64,000 nt of DNA from Alphaproteobacteria bacterium (lineage in GTDB: Bacteria; Pseudomonadota; Alphaproteobacteria; UBA6615): the NCBI GenBank assembly GCA_038117045.1, contig JAYOFE010000002.1:242-64241 (forward strand). Reading direction: 5' to 3'. Under the pieces are notes generated by a model. That model was given only the letters and a program-made list of their open reading frames with translations, was not told the origin of the DNA and made no database searches. Within the stretch, counting starts at the first letter, position 1; the number at the start of each line of letters is the position of its first letter. Below are positions 38,634 to 49,536 of the stretch, in pieces. A program made the translations under genes and the position numbers.

Positions 38634-40853
38634 TCAGGAGAATCGCGGAGCCGAGGGGAACCCGCGCGGCGCCTTCCGTCCGGCCTGGGCACGCTTGCCG
38701 ACCCATTCCTTCAGTTCGTCCGCCGTAAACGTCCGGTTCCGGTCGCCCGTCGCCGTGGTCAGGCCTTCCGCCATGCTGAAGGTCGCCACATCGGCGAGAC
38801 TGTCGCGGGTGTAGCTTTGCAGCTTCACACCGCGCCCGCGCGTTATCTCGGGCAGCTCGGACAGCGCAAAGATCAGCAGCTTGCGCAGCCGACCCAGCAC
38901 CGCGATCTGGTCACCCTCGACCGGGGTACAGGCCGCCGCCTCCACGTCGCCCTTCACGTTCAGCACCTGCTTGCCCGTTCGGGTCTGGGCGATCACATCG
39001 TCCTCAGGGACGATGAAGCCGCGCCCGTCGGACGACGCGACGACCAGCTTCGCGCCGGGTTTGTGAATCCGCAGCGCGACGATATCGGCATCGTTGCCCA
39101 GATCGAACATCAGGCGCAGCGGCTCGCCATGTCCGCGACCGCCCGGCAGCTTGTCCACGCCGACAGTGTAGAAGCGCCCGTTGGTCGCAAACACCAGCAG
39201 CTTGTCCGTTGTCTCCGCCGTCAGCACGAAGCGCCCCTTGTCGCCTTCCTTGAACTTCAGTTCCTTGGGATCGACGTTGTGCCCCTTGATGGTGCGCACC
39301 CAGCCCTTGTCCGAGCAAACGACGGTCACGGGCTCGCGCTCGATCATCGCGTCCAGAGGAACCTCGACCGGTTCCGGTGCATCGCCGATCTCGGTCCGGC
39401 GGCGGCCGAGTTCCGTCTTCGGGCCAAACTTCTTCTTCAGTTCCACAACCTCGCACGCGAGGTGCTTCAGCCGCTTGTCCTTGTCCCGGAGCAGGCCCTT
39501 CAGGGTCTTCTGCTCGCCTTCCAGCCCGTCGATCTCCTGGCGGATCGCGATTTCCTCCAGCCGGCGCAGCGAACGCAGCCTCATGTTGAGGATCGCGTCG
39601 ACCTGGGCATCATTCAGGTCCCAACGCTTCTTCATCACCGCACGGGGATCGTCCTCTTCCCGGATGATCGCGATCACCTCGTCGAGGTTCAGGAACACGA
39701 TCATGTAGCCCTGGAGGACGTTCAGCCGTTCCTCGATCTTGCCGAGGCGGTACTTAGTCCGCCGGGTCAGTACCTCGTGGCGGTGATCGAGATAAGCCTG
39801 CAGCACCTCGCGCAGGTCCATCACGCGCGGCACGTTGTCGCCGTCCAGCACGTTCATGTTGAGCGAGACCCGCGCTTCCATCTCGGTGTTGCGGAACAGG
39901 CTCTCCATCAGCATGTCGGGCGTGACGTTGCGGCTCTTGGGTTCCAGGACGAGGCGGATGTCCTCAGCGGACTCATCGCGGATGTCGCCGAGCAGTGGCA
40001 GCTTGCGGTTGACCATGAGCCCGGCGACACGCTCAACCAGCCGCGCCTTCTGCACCTGGTAGGGAATCTCGGTGACCACCACCTGGTACTGGCCACGCCC
40101 CATATCCTCGGTCTCCCAACGCGCGCGGATGCGGAAGCTGCCGCGGCCGGTGGTGTAGGCCTCGACGAGGCTCGCCCGGTCCTCCACCAGCACGCCGCCG
40201 GTCGGGAAGTCCGGGCCGGGCATGAAATCGACCAGCTTGGCGATGGTCGCGTTCGGCGTCTTCAGCAGGTGGGACAGGGCATCGCAGATCTCGCCGACAT
40301 TGTGCGGCGGAATGCTGGTCGCCATGCCGACCGCAATGCCGGTGGCTCCATTGGCGAGCAGGTTCGGGAAATTCGCGGGCAGGACAACCGGCTCGCTGCC
40401 CTCGCCATCATAGGTCTCGCGGAAGTCTACCGCGTCGTCGTCAATGCCTTCCAGCAGCGCCTGCGCGACCTCGGTCATGCGCGCCTCGGTGTAGCGCATG
40501 GCTGCGGCGTTATCGCCGTCGATGTTGCCGAAGTTGCCCTGCCCGTCCACCAGCGGATAGCGGACAGCGAATTCCTGGGCGAGACGCACCATCGCGTCAT
40601 AGATCGCCTGGTCGCCATGTGGATGGTACTTACCCATCACGTCGCCGACCACGCGGGCGCATTTCTTGTAGCCCTGGTCCGGGTCGAGCCGGAGCTGGCG
40701 CATGGCGTGCAGCAGCCGGCGGTGCACCGGTTTCAGCCCGTCGCGCACATCCGGCAGCGAGCGCGCCATGATCGTGGACAGCGCATAGCTGAGGTAGCGC
40801 GAACTCAGCGCATCCTTGAAGGCTTCCTGGCGAACCCCACCGACAACCGTCAT
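38634..40853 (-). CDS. parC: DNA topoisomerase IV subunit A
   Basis: 739 aa. N-terminal [28 protein letters not shown], with the catalytic Tyr in [10 protein letters not shown]. The length and lack of a GyrA-box favour ParC over GyrA. Confidence 0.9.
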   Translation of the reverse strand: MTVVGGVRQEAFKDALSSRYLSYALSTIMARSLPDVRDGLKPVHRRLLHAMRQLRLDPDQGYKKCARVVGDVMGKYHPHGDQAIYDAMVRLAQEFAVRYPLVDGQGNFGNIDGDNAAAMRYTEARMTEVAQALLEGIDDDAVDFRETYDGEGSEPVVLPANFPNLLANGATGIAVGMATSIPPHNVGEICDALSHLLKTPNATIAKLVDFMPGPDFPTGGVLVEDRASLVEAYTTGRGSFRIRARWETEDMGRGQYQVVVTEIPYQVQKARLVERVAGLMVNRKLPLLGDIRDESAEDIRLVLEPKSRNVTPDMLMESLFRNTEMEARVSLNMNVLDGDNVPRVMDLREVLQAYLDHRHEVLTRRTKYRLGKIEERLNVLQGYMIVFLNLDEVIAIIREEDDPRAVMKKRWDLNDAQVDAILNMRLRSLRRLEEIAIRQEIDGLEGEQKTLKGLLRDKDKRLKHLACEVVELKKKFGPKTELGRRRTEIGDAPEPVEVPLDAMIEREPVTVVCSDKGWVRTIKGHNVDPKELKFKEGDKGRFVLTAETTDKLLVFATNGRFYTVGVDKLPGGRGHGEPLRLMFDLGNDADIVALRIHKPGAKLVVASSDGRGFIVPEDDVIAQTRTGKQVLNVKGDVEAAACTPVEGDQIAVLGRLRKLLIFALSELPEITRGRGVKLQSYTRDSLADVATFSMAEGLTTATGDRNRTFTADELKEWVGKRAQAGRKAPRGFPSAPRFS

Positions 40854-40906
40854 GTCAGAAACTCCTGTGGATCGGCCCTATTTCTAGGGTGCGGACCTGA
40901 TTCCGC

Positions 40907-41698
40907 TCAACAACCCACGCTGTGGGTATCCGCGCCCGAATCCCCGTCGATATCCCCGGATTTCGCGGTCCGCCCGATCAGCACCTCCAGCCGCTCGCGT
41001 GCGGCCGGCAGCGGCCGGTCCAACGGGTCGAAGGCGTGGCGGGCAAGGAAAAAGCCCGTCAGTTTCAGGCCATCGACAAAATCCGCTGCCTCGGCCCCAC
41101 CACCGCGCCCGTCCGGACGCAGAAAGCCCGGCAACGACAGCATGCGTTCCTTGTAGAGCTCCCCCGCGGCGCGAGACACGGCACGGCCCGTGCGCGGGCT
41201 GACATAGATGAGGTTTTCCTCCTCGCCCGTCGCCGCACAGGAGTTGAGGTCGAGGCCAAAGCCCAGTTCGCGCAGCAGGCCCAGTTCCCACTGGATGTAG
41301 ACGGCGGGCCAGATGTCATCCTCCCCCGCCGCCAGGGCATTCAGCAGCGCTCCCGTCGCCTCGAACAGACCCGGATGGGGCTCGCGCTCGGGGATCACGG
41401 TCTCTGTTACCGCGCAGGCCGCCGATAATGCGGCCAGGCGCGCGGGATCGTCCATGAAATCGGCCGCATAGTGTCGGGTCGCCTCGATGGTGTAGCGCCC
41501 GAGATGCTCGGTGAGCCGCGCGCGCCAGACCGCATCGACACGGTTGCCCGGTTCGACCACACCCCGCTTGCTGCGCGAGTTGCCGCCATGCATCAGCCCG
41601 GCGTGGCGGCCGTGCTCGCGGGTCAGAAGTTGCACCACCGCAGCCCCCTCGCCATGCGGCCGGGCCGCCAGCACGATTGCCTCGTCACGCCATTCCAT
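40907..41698 (-). CDS. recO: DNA repair protein RecO
   Basis: 263 aa with an OB-fold N-terminus (MEWRDEAIVLAARPHGEGAAVVQLLTREHGRH). Canonical era-recO order. Confidence 0.85.
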   Translation of the reverse strand: MEWRDEAIVLAARPHGEGAAVVQLLTREHGRHAGLMHGGNSRSKRGVVEPGNRVDAVWRARLTEHLGRYTIEATRHYAADFMDDPARLAALSAACAVTETVIPEREPHPGLFEATGALLNALAAGEDDIWPAVYIQWELGLLRELGFGLDLNSCAATGEEENLIYVSPRTGRAVSRAAGELYKERMLSLPGFLRPDGRGGGAEAADFVDGLKLTGFFLARHAFDPLDRPLPAARERLEVLIGRTAKSGDIDGDSGADTHSVGC

Positions 41699-41783
41699 AC
41701 GGGTTTATCCGAGCATATTTGCCGGGCTCATGGAGCATGAAACCCCGCGCCGGGGCAACGGCGAGCCGGAACTCGTGCAACGC

Positions 41784-42689
41784 CTAGGCGTCGAAACGCA
41801 GGCCCCATTCGCGGTAATGGCCCGGATTGTCGGCCCAGTTCTCGCGCACGCGCACCCGCACGAACAGGTGGACGGGCCGGTCGAGCAATTCGGCAAGTTC
41901 CTGCTGGGCCTCGGCACGGATGCGCTTGATCATTTGCCCGCCCTTACCCACGACGATCCCCTTCTGGGAATCCCGCTCAACCGTGATCGACTGCTCGATC
42001 CGCACGCTGCCATCATCGAAGTCCTGCCAGGCCTCGGTCTCGACAGACAGCGCATAGGGCAGCTCCTGGTGCAGGCGCAGATAGGCCTTCTCGCGGGTGA
42101 TCTCGGCGGCCAGCAGCCGCTGAGGCAGGTCGGAGATCTCGTCTTCCGGAAACAGCCACGGCCCCGAGGGCATGCGCGAGACCAGATGACGTTCCAGATC
42201 CTCGACGCCGCTGCCATTAAGCGCGGAGACCATGAACGTCGCATCGAAACTGGCCAGCCCGTTGAGGTCCTCCGACAATTTCAGCAGGACCTCCCGCTTC
42301 ACAGCGTCGACCTTGTTGAGCACGAGGATCGCCGCGGCGCCCCGCTCCTTCAGGCCTTCGGCAATCCGCCGCGTGTCGGCATCGATCCCGCGCGCTGCAT
42401 CGACCAGCAGCACGATGGCGTCGGCGTCCGACGCCCCGCTCCACGCGGCATCGACCATGGCCCGGTCAAGCCTCCGCCTGGGCGCGAAGATGCCCGGCGT
42501 ATCCACATAGACAATCTGGGTGTCCTCGATGAGCGCGACACCGCGCACACGGATGCGCGTGGTCTGCACCTTGGGCGAGACAATCGACACCTTGGCCCCG
42601 ACCAGCCGGTTCACCAGCGTCGACTTGCCCGCGTTCGGCGCGCCCAGGATCGAGACGACCCCGCACCGCATGCCCGTCTCACCTGTCAT
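41784..42689 (-). CDS. era: GTPase Era
   Basis: G1 GAPNAGKST, G3 DTPG, G4 NKVD and a C-terminal KH domain. Start ambiguous: ATG 42689 overlaps the rnc end by 11 nt; TTG 42695 or ATG 42671 are alternatives. Confidence 0.9.
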   Translation of the reverse strand: MTGETGMRCGVVSILGAPNAGKSTLVNRLVGAKVSIVSPKVQTTRIRVRGVALIEDTQIVYVDTPGIFAPRRRLDRAMVDAAWSGASDADAIVLLVDAARGIDADTRRIAEGLKERGAAAILVLNKVDAVKREVLLKLSEDLNGLASFDATFMVSALNGSGVEDLERHLVSRMPSGPWLFPEDEISDLPQRLLAAEITREKAYLRLHQELPYALSVETEAWQDFDDGSVRIEQSITVERDSQKGIVVGKGGQMIKRIRAEAQQELAELLDRPVHLFVRVRVRENWADNPGHYREWGLRFDA

Positions 42690-43350
42690 GGGCAACCCCC
42701 AGATCGCGCAGCATCATGGCCGCCGCTTCCTGTTCGGCGGCACGCTTGCTGGCACCGCGTGCCTGCCGCGCGGGAAACCCGGGCAGCCGCACCTCGACCG
42801 TGAAGACCGGCGCATGATCCGGGCCCGAACGCTCCACATCCTCATAGGCGGGCAGGCCATGGCCCTTCGACTGCGACCATTCCTGCAATGCGGTCTTCGC
42901 ATCGCGTGGCGGGCGCGAACGGGTTTCCACCAGCGGGTCCCAGGTCCTGCGCACGAAGGCGCGCGCCACGTCCATGCCGCCGTCAAGGTACAGCGCGGCG
43001 ATCACAGCCTCGACCATGTCGGCCACGATCCCATCATTGACCACGCCGGGCCCGGCCTTGGCGTGGTTCGCAAGTCCGAGGCTTGCACCCACCTGCGCCA
43101 GCATGTCCGCCTGCACGAGAGCGGCAAACCGGCGGCCCACCTCGCCTTCATTCTCATAGGGGAAGCGGTCAAGCAGCAGTTCCGCTACGGACAGTCCCAG
43201 CACACGGTCTCCGAGGAATTCCAGCCGCTCATAGGATTGCGCACCGGCAACACTCGAATGGCTGAGGGCACGAACGAGCAACGCCGGATTGGAAAAGGAA
43301 TGGCCAAGCGCCGCGTAGAGCGGCTTCAGATCCTGTTCGTTGCGCGTCAT
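42679..43350 (-). CDS. rnc: Ribonuclease III
   Basis: Trimmed to MTRNEQDLKPL. Its ATG overlaps the lepB stop (ATGA). Signature ERLEFLGDRVL and a C-terminal dsRBD. Confidence 0.92.
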   Translation of the reverse strand: MTRNEQDLKPLYAALGHSFSNPALLVRALSHSSVAGAQSYERLEFLGDRVLGLSVAELLLDRFPYENEGEVGRRFAALVQADMLAQVGASLGLANHAKAGPGVVNDGIVADMVEAVIAALYLDGGMDVARAFVRRTWDPLVETRSRPPRDAKTALQEWSQSKGHGLPAYEDVERSGPDHAPVFTVEVRLPGFPARQARGASKRAAEQEAAAMMLRDLGVAHDR

Positions 43351-44090
43351 TCGATGGAATCGAAGATACGGCTGAACCGAATTGCCTGGATCCAGCCCCA
43401 GGGTTCCAGCCAGCCTGCCGAGCCGTCGGTCGAAAAGAAGATGATTTCCGCACGGCCGACCAGGTTGTCCTTCGGAACGAAACCCCAACTTCGGCTGTCG
43501 TTGCTGTCGTCGCGGTTGTCGCCCATGGCGAAATAGTGGCCCGGCGGCACCACGAACTCGCGTGTGTTGTCGGCCGGTCCGCGGTCGCCGAGGCTTTCGC
43601 GCACGGTGTAGCTGCGCCCGTCCGGCAGGGTCTCGATGTATTGCGGAACGCGGCGGACATTCCCCCGGAAATCCCTCGAGACATGGTCCTCGATCCGCCG
43701 GCGCGGAACGGGCTGGCCGTTGAGGATCAACTGGCCATTGACAACCTGGATCTGGTCGCCGGGAACACCGACGAGGCGCTTGATGAAGTCGACCTTGTTC
43801 AGCGGCGGCTGGCGGAAGACAGCGACGTCACCGCGCGCGGGGGCACCTTCCAGGATTCGGCCCGAGAAGAAGCCCAGCCCGAACGGGAAGGAATAGCGGC
43901 TGTAGCCATAGGAATACTTTGAGACGAACAGGTAGTCGCCGATCAGCAGGGTCGGGATCATCGAACCCGACGGAATGTTGAACGGCTGGAACGCGAAGGT
44001 CCGTACCAGCCCCGCAATCAGCAGCGCATAGACGATCGTGCGCACGGTTTCCCAGGTGCTGGACGGCTTTTTGGTAAGGTCTTTCACCAT
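43347..44090 (-). CDS. lepB: Signal peptidase I
   Basis: 247 aa. Catalytic Ser in PSGSMIPTL, catalytic Lys in IKRLVGVPGD, plus the GDNRDDSNDSR box. Confidence 0.92.
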   Translation of the reverse strand: MVKDLTKKPSSTWETVRTIVYALLIAGLVRTFAFQPFNIPSGSMIPTLLIGDYLFVSKYSYGYSRYSFPFGLGFFSGRILEGAPARGDVAVFRQPPLNKVDFIKRLVGVPGDQIQVVNGQLILNGQPVPRRRIEDHVSRDFRGNVRRVPQYIETLPDGRSYTVRESLGDRGPADNTREFVVPPGHYFAMGDNRDDSNDSRSWGFVPKDNLVGRAEIIFFSTDGSAGWLEPWGWIQAIRFSRIFDSIE

Positions 44091-44177
44091 TATCTGGCCC
44101 TTGCTGTTCGCAGCTTCGCTACGGGGGCGGTTTCTACCGGCCCGCGGCCGATTGCGCCAGTGGCGAATGGGAAACGT

Positions 44178-44630
44178 TCAGTCCTGGATGTCCGGGATTG
44201 CGGAAATGATGACGATGGCCTGCGCCAGCGGCGGCTCATCGGTAATCGACAGTTCGATCAGCGGTTTCATGCCCGGCGGGGTGATCTCCGCCAGCCGCGC
44301 GGCGGCGCCATTGGTGAGCTTCATGGTCGGCTTGCCCGAGGGCAGGTTCACCACCCCCATGTCACGCCAGAACACACCCTTGCGGAAGCCGGTTCCCAGC
44401 GCCTTCGAGCAGGCCTCCTTGGCCGCATAGCGCTTGGCGTAGCTGTCGGCACGATTGGCGCGGCGGTCGGACTTGGCGCGCTCCACCTCGGTGAAGCAGC
44501 GCTGGGTGAAACGCTCCCCGAAACGCTCAAGGGTCCGTTCAACGCGCGTGATGTCGATGAGGTCGCTGCCAAGTCCGATGATCATCGGATACATGGGCAG
44601 GTTCGCCTTGGCCGGGTTGTCCTCGCTCAT
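44178..44630 (-). CDS. acpS: Holo-[acyl-carrier-protein] synthase
   Basis: The conserved core starts at [14 protein letters not shown] (ATG 44585). An upstream ATG at 44630 overlaps the pdxJ stop (ATGA) and would add 15 residues, so the start is uncertain. Confidence 0.85.
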   Translation of the reverse strand: MSEDNPAKANLPMYPMIIGLGSDLIDITRVERTLERFGERFTQRCFTEVERAKSDRRANRADSYAKRYAAKEACSKALGTGFRKGVFWRDMGVVNLPSGKPTMKLTNGAAARLAEITPPGMKPLIELSITDEPPLAQAIVIISAIPDIQD

Positions 44631-45382
44631 GCGCTGGCCTCGGCCCGGGCCGTGTCCATCAGCGAGCGCATGCGCCGGATCGCACTGTCGAGTCCGCCGA
44701 AGATCGCCTCTCCGATGATGAAATGCCCGATATTCAGTTCCTCGATCTGGGGAATAGCCGCCACCGGACCGACCGTGTCGAAGGTGATGCCGTGGCCGGC
44801 ATGCACCTTGAGCCCGATCCCGGCCCCGTATTCGGCTGCCGAGACGATACGCGCCAGAAGTTGCTCCGCCCGCTCGTGCTCTCCCGCGACAAACGCATCG
44901 CAATAGGCTCCGACATGGATTTCCACGGCGGGTGCGCCGATGGACCGTGAGGCGTCGAGCTGCGCGGCATCAGGCTCGATGAACATGGAAACGATGGCTC
45001 CGCGCTCGCCGAGCCGGTCGACGAAATGCTTCAGTTGGTTGTGTCCGGCAACCACGTCGAGGCCGCCTTCCGTGGTGCGCTCCTCGCGCCGCTCCGGAAC
45101 GATGCAGACGGCATGGGGCGCGTGCTGCAGGGCGATACCCAGCATTTCGTCCGTCGCCGCCATCTCGAGCGTCAGGGGAATATCGATCGCCGCAATCAGG
45201 CGATGCAGGTCGTCGTCGGAGATGTGCCGCCGGTCTTCGCGAAGATGGGCCACAATGCTGTCAGCTCCGGCATCTGCCGCGGCGCACGCCGCGCGCACCG
45301 GGTCCGGGTGCCCGCCGCCCCTTGCATTCCGGATGGTCGCGACATGATCGACGTTCACGCCGAGCCGCAGATCAGAAGTCAT
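44627..45382 (-). CDS. pdxJ: Pyridoxine 5'-phosphate synthase
   Basis: 251 aa with [26 protein letters not shown] and EIHVGAY motifs. Confidence 0.93.
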   Translation of the reverse strand: MTSDLRLGVNVDHVATIRNARGGGHPDPVRAACAAADAGADSIVAHLREDRRHISDDDLHRLIAAIDIPLTLEMAATDEMLGIALQHAPHAVCIVPERREERTTEGGLDVVAGHNQLKHFVDRLGERGAIVSMFIEPDAAQLDASRSIGAPAVEIHVGAYCDAFVAGEHERAEQLLARIVSAAEYGAGIGLKVHAGHGITFDTVGPVAAIPQIEELNIGHFIIGEAIFGGLDSAIRRMRSLMDTARAEASA

Positions 45383-45454
45383 TGAGGAATCTCACTGTTT
45401 CTCGCCAGCGTTCTAGAATTGGACGTCAGCACCGGGAGGTCAAGGTCCAGGCCG

Positions 45455-47641
45455 TCAACTCCGCACCCGTTCGACCGAGCGAACGGATGCATGGCCACGC
45501 AGTGTGGTCTCGATGGCGTTGAGGTGCTTGGCGTCCATCACCTCGATATCGACCAGCATGTCGAAGAAATCGGGCGTGCGGTTGGTGAACTTGAGGTTGG
45601 AGATATTGCCCTGCGACTTGGCGATCGTCGCCGCCATTTCAGCAAGCGCACCCGGTTCGTTCACCAGCGTCACGTTGAGGCGACTGACCAGTTCTTCGCT
45701 CGCCAGATCGGCATTCGGGTCCCATGACACATCAACCCAGCGTTCGGGACTGTCGGCAAATGCCTCCAGCGTCATGCAATCGATGGTGTGGATGGTCACG
45801 CCCTTGCCGGTCGTCGCGATTCCCACGATGCGGTCGCCGGGCAAGGGATAACAGCACTTCGCCAGGTGCACCGCGATGCCCGGTGTCAGGCCGCTGATCG
45901 GAACGGCGTGCTTGCTGTCTGCTTCAATGGGCTGCTTTCGGCGGCGGCGCAGGGAAAACAGCGAGCCGCCTGACTTGCGGCTGTCGGCGGAATCATACTT
46001 GTCCGGGTGGACGAGACGCACGACGTCGCGGCCCGTATAGACCCCCTGCCCGACCATGGCGAACAGGTCGTCCACGGTCTCGGCATGGAATTCGCGAAGC
46101 ACGGGCTTGAGGGCTGCCTCATCAAGGCTCTCCTCTATACGTCCGAAGGCCTTGTCGAGGATGCTGCGGCCCAGGTCGACATACTGGCGCATCTCGATCT
46201 CGCGCAGGACCCGGCGGATGCGCGCTTTCGCCTTCCCGGTCACGACCAGCTTTTCCCAGTCGGGTGACGGGGTCTGGTTCCGGGACAGCAGGATTTCCAC
46301 CTGGTCCCCGTTCTGGAGTTGGGTGCGAAGCGGCATGTTGCGGCCGTTGATCTTGGCGCCGACGCACTTGTCGCCGATGTCCGTATGCACGGCATAGGCA
46401 AAGTCTATGGGTGTGGAGCCGCGCGGCAGGGAATACACATCCCCTTTCGGCGAGAAGCAGAAAACCTGGTCGGAGAACATCTCCATGCGCGTGTGCGCCA
46501 GGAAGTCCTCGGGCGCCGAGGCGTTCTCAAGGATATCCAGAAGCTCCTGGAGCCAGCGGTACTGCTTGCTCTCTTCGCGAACGGCATTGGACGCCGGGCC
46601 GGAGCCGATGTCCTTGTAGACCCAGTGCGCCGCCACCCCGCGCTCGGCCACATCGTGCATTTCCGGCGTGCGGATCTGGATCTCGATCCGGTGTTCGGCG
46701 AGGCCCAGCACGCCCGTATGGAGCGAGCGGTAACCGTTGGGTTTCGGCGTGGAGATGTAGTCCTTGAATCGGCCCGGCACCACGCGGTAGCGCCCGTGAA
46801 TGAGGCCGAGCGCCCGGTAGCAATCAGGGACCGTCGGCACGATCACCCGGAAGGCGATGATGTCGGACAATTGCTCAACCGAACTCTGGGTGCGCTGCAT
46901 CTTGCGCCAGATCGAATAGGGCGACTTCTCGCGCCCCGCGATATCGACCTCCATTCCAGCTTCATCGAAGAGCTTGCGCAGCCCCTCAAGCACCGATTCA
47001 ACGATGCTCTTGCCCTCGGTGCGCAGGAATTCCAGCCGGCGCACGATGGAATCGCGGGCATCCGGATACAGTTCGCGGAACGCACGATCTTCAAGCTCGT
47101 CCTTGATGTCGTGCATACCGATGCGCTCGGCCAGCGGCGCATAGATATCCATGGTCTCATGGGCGATGCGGCGGCGGCTTTCCGGCTTCGACATGTGCTC
47201 AATGGTGCGCATGTTGTGCAGACGGTCCGCCAGCTTCACCAGCAGCACACGGATGTCGCGGCTCATCGCCAGCAGCAACTTGCGGAAATTCTCGGCCTGC
47301 TTCGCCCGGTTCGACTGGAGTTCAAGCTGGGTCAGCTTGGTGACTCCGTCGACAAGCAGGGCGATTTCATCCCCAAACAGCTCCGAAATCTGCTGGGTGG
47401 TGGCCTCGGTGTCCTCGACCGTGTCGTGCAGCAACGCGGTGATGATCGATGCCGTGTCGAGATGGTAGTTCGTGAGAATTCCGGCCACTTCGAGCGGATG
47501 GCTGAAGTATGGATCGCCCGAAGCACGTTTCTGGTTGCCGTGAGCCTTCATGGCGAAGACATAGGCGCGGTTCAGCGCGTCCTCGTCCACGCTCGGATCA
47601 TAGGCGCGAACCTTTTCCACCAGCTCGTATTGCCGCATCAT
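45455..47641 (-). CDS. spoT: Bifunctional (p)ppGpp synthetase/hydrolase (RelA/SpoT homologue, Rsh)
   Basis: 728 aa with an HD hydrolase domain (HPLEV...LLHDTVEDT), synthetase domain, TGS and a C-terminal ACT. Canonical rpoZ-spoT order. Confidence 0.93.
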   Translation of the reverse strand: MMRQYELVEKVRAYDPSVDEDALNRAYVFAMKAHGNQKRASGDPYFSHPLEVAGILTNYHLDTASIITALLHDTVEDTEATTQQISELFGDEIALLVDGVTKLTQLELQSNRAKQAENFRKLLLAMSRDIRVLLVKLADRLHNMRTIEHMSKPESRRRIAHETMDIYAPLAERIGMHDIKDELEDRAFRELYPDARDSIVRRLEFLRTEGKSIVESVLEGLRKLFDEAGMEVDIAGREKSPYSIWRKMQRTQSSVEQLSDIIAFRVIVPTVPDCYRALGLIHGRYRVVPGRFKDYISTPKPNGYRSLHTGVLGLAEHRIEIQIRTPEMHDVAERGVAAHWVYKDIGSGPASNAVREESKQYRWLQELLDILENASAPEDFLAHTRMEMFSDQVFCFSPKGDVYSLPRGSTPIDFAYAVHTDIGDKCVGAKINGRNMPLRTQLQNGDQVEILLSRNQTPSPDWEKLVVTGKAKARIRRVLREIEMRQYVDLGRSILDKAFGRIEESLDEAALKPVLREFHAETVDDLFAMVGQGVYTGRDVVRLVHPDKYDSADSRKSGGSLFSLRRRRKQPIEADSKHAVPISGLTPGIAVHLAKCCYPLPGDRIVGIATTGKGVTIHTIDCMTLEAFADSPERWVDVSWDPNADLASEELVSRLNVTLVNEPGALAEMAATIAKSQGNISNLKFTNRTPDFFDMLVDIEVMDAKHLNAIETTLRGHASVRSVERVRS

Positions 47642-47671
47642 GGCGTTATCTTAGACCCGAAACCGTGACCA

Positions 47672-47705
47672 CGAAAAAGCCCGGATGCGCGATGCGCACC
47701 CGGGC
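47672..47705 (-). terminator. Rho-independent terminator/attenuator between rpoZ and spoT
   Basis: The minus strand reads GCCCGG-(G)-TGCGC-ATC-GCGCA-(T)-CCGGGC-TTTTTCG, giving 11 paired positions with one mismatch. Confidence 0.7.
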
Positions 47706-47733
47706 CTGAAAAACTTCGCAATTCCGGTTCGGA

Positions 47734-48126
47734 CTAGGAGTCAGAACTTTCGTCGACGGCATCCTCGAACCGCATCTGCGGCATGTCCGGCTCCATCGGC
47801 TCCTCACCATCGGCCACCGGCATTTCCTGCTGCACGCCGGCCATGTTGCTCTCGGACTCAAGCAGCTCAATGACCTCGTCCTCTTCCGGCAGGTCGTATT
47901 CGACATGCTTCTGCTGGCTGACGATCAGCGCTTCCTGCAGGTTTTCCAGTTCGACTGTCTCGTCGGCGATCTCGCGCAGCGCGATCACAGGGTTCTTGTC
48001 GTTGTCGCGCTCGACGGTGATCGGCGCACCGGCGGACACTTCGCGTGCGCGTTGCGCAGCAAGCATCACGAGGTCAAAACGGTTTGACACTCGCTCGATG
48101 CAGTCTTCGACTGTTACGCGGGCCAT
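47734..48126 (-). CDS. rpoZ: DNA-directed RNA polymerase subunit omega
   Basis: 130 aa with [28 protein letters not shown] and an acidic C-terminal tail. Confidence 0.93.
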   Translation of the reverse strand: MARVTVEDCIERVSNRFDLVMLAAQRAREVSAGAPITVERDNDKNPVIALREIADETVELENLQEALIVSQQKHVEYDLPEEDEVIELLESESNMAGVQQEMPVADGEEPMEPDMPQMRFEDAVDESSDS

Positions 48127-48212
48127 GCGTGGGCTCCAAGTCTGAATTCGGGATTGCGCTGGTATATAGGGGCAAACGCCGGAAAAGCCAACAGTTTCCG
48201 GGGGGAAAACCC

Positions 48213-48716
48213 TCAGGCGCCTGTTGTGTCGTCCAGAGGCTCAACACCGGTGAGATCGGGGGCCGCGGCAATGAGGTCGTCGATACCCTCACCGCTGACC
48301 GGGTGCGTCCAGTCGGGTGCCACGTCGCGCAGCGGGACCAGCACGAATGCGCGTTCCGCCATGCGCGGATGCGGCAGGACCGGCCAGTCCGTGTTCACCG
48401 TCCCGTTGTGGTCCAGCAGGTCAATATCCAGGATGCGCGCCGCGTTTCGCTCAGCACGCACGCGCCCGAAGGTATCCTCAATATCGTGCAGCGCAGCCAG
48501 CAATTCTCCCGGTGTCAGATCGCTGTCGACGCAGGCCACCATGTTTGTGTAACGCGGCTGGCCGGACGGCGGCACAGGCGCGGTCGAATACCAGCCGGAT
48601 CGCGCAAGTACCGCAATACCACGCGCAGCCAGCGAACAGAGCGCCGCCTCGATCGTCTCCCGAGGAGAGCCGTGGCGCGAGCTCGGCAGGTTTGCGCCAA
48701 ACGCAATAAGGATCAT
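48213..48716 (-). CDS. folK: 2-amino-4-hydroxy-6-hydroxymethyldihydropteridine diphosphokinase
   Basis: 167 aa. HPPK motifs [15 protein letters not shown] and [14 protein letters not shown]. Confidence 0.9.
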   Translation of the reverse strand: MILIAFGANLPSSRHGSPRETIEAALCSLAARGIAVLARSGWYSTAPVPPSGQPRYTNMVACVDSDLTPGELLAALHDIEDTFGRVRAERNAARILDIDLLDHNGTVNTDWPVLPHPRMAERAFVLVPLRDVAPDWTHPVSGEGIDDLIAAAPDLTGVEPLDDTTGA

Positions 48717-48876
48717 CGTGCCTCCAGCGCCACGCCGTGCGGGGCAACTGGACAGGCCACACGCGGCGGGCTATCTAGGCCACCATTCGAACCTGCCGCG
48801 ATTCCCGCGGCAAGATTTCCAGTCATCATACGCGAGCTGCAACGGCCTCGCGACTTAATATCAAGGATTAGGTTTA

Positions 48877-49530
48877 ATGCTCAAAGCATCAGAAAAGACA
48901 GTTGTTTTTATTGACGGCGCCAATCTGTACGCAACGGCGCGCGGCCTCGATTTCGATATCGACTACAAGAAACTGCTCTCCATGTTCCAGAAGGGCTGCA
49001 ACCTCGTGCGCGCCTATTACTACACGGTACTGATCGAGGACCAGGAGTACTCCCCCATCCGCCCTCTGGTCGATTGGCTCGACTACAACGGCTACACGCT
49101 GGTGACCAAGCCGGCAAAGGATTTCACGGATTCCACCGGACGCCGACGCATCCGCAATTCCATCGACGTGGACCTCGCCGTCGACATGCTGGAGATCGCC
49201 GACAAGGTCGATCACATCATCCTGTTTTCCGGCGACGGCGGTTATCGCCGGCTCATCGAGGCGGTGCAGCGCCGCGGCGCGCGCGTCACGGTCATCAGCA
49301 CGGTCGCCAACAACACCGCCACGATTGCCGACGAGTTACGCCGCCAGGCTGACCGGTTTGTCGACCTGACGTCGCTGCGGGACGACATTGCACGTGATCG
49401 CGGCAATCGATCTTCGCGTGATGACGAATACGACGACGATGACGAGTACTACGACGAGGATGAGGAAGAGTTCATCGAAGACGACGACGATGATTTCGAG
49501 GACGACAAGGCCGCCTCGGGCCGTCGATAG
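48877..49530 (+). CDS. NYN-domain (LabA/DUF88-like) protein with poly-acidic C-terminal tail
   Basis: 217 aa. NYN/PIN-like core (VVFIDGANLY...DVDLAVDMLE...IILFSGDGGYRRLIEAVQRRG). The tail reads DDEYDDDDEYYDEDEEEFIEDDDDDFEDD. Confidence 0.8.
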   Translation: MLKASEKTVVFIDGANLYATARGLDFDIDYKKLLSMFQKGCNLVRAYYYTVLIEDQEYSPIRPLVDWLDYNGYTLVTKPAKDFTDSTGRRRIRNSIDVDLAVDMLEIADKVDHIILFSGDGGYRRLIEAVQRRGARVTVISTVANNTATIADELRRQADRFVDLTSLRDDIARDRGNRSSRDDEYDDDDEYYDEDEEEFIEDDDDDFEDDKAASGRR

Positions 49531-49536
49531 CGCGCC

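Noticed and set aside
48785-48815. tRNA-like GGTTCGAAT string (minus strand near 48789), and GGTTCGAGCC at 60767.
   Set aside because: The flanking bases do not form a T-stem, and no acceptor, anticodon or D arms can be drawn. The second string is one arm of a simple hairpin.
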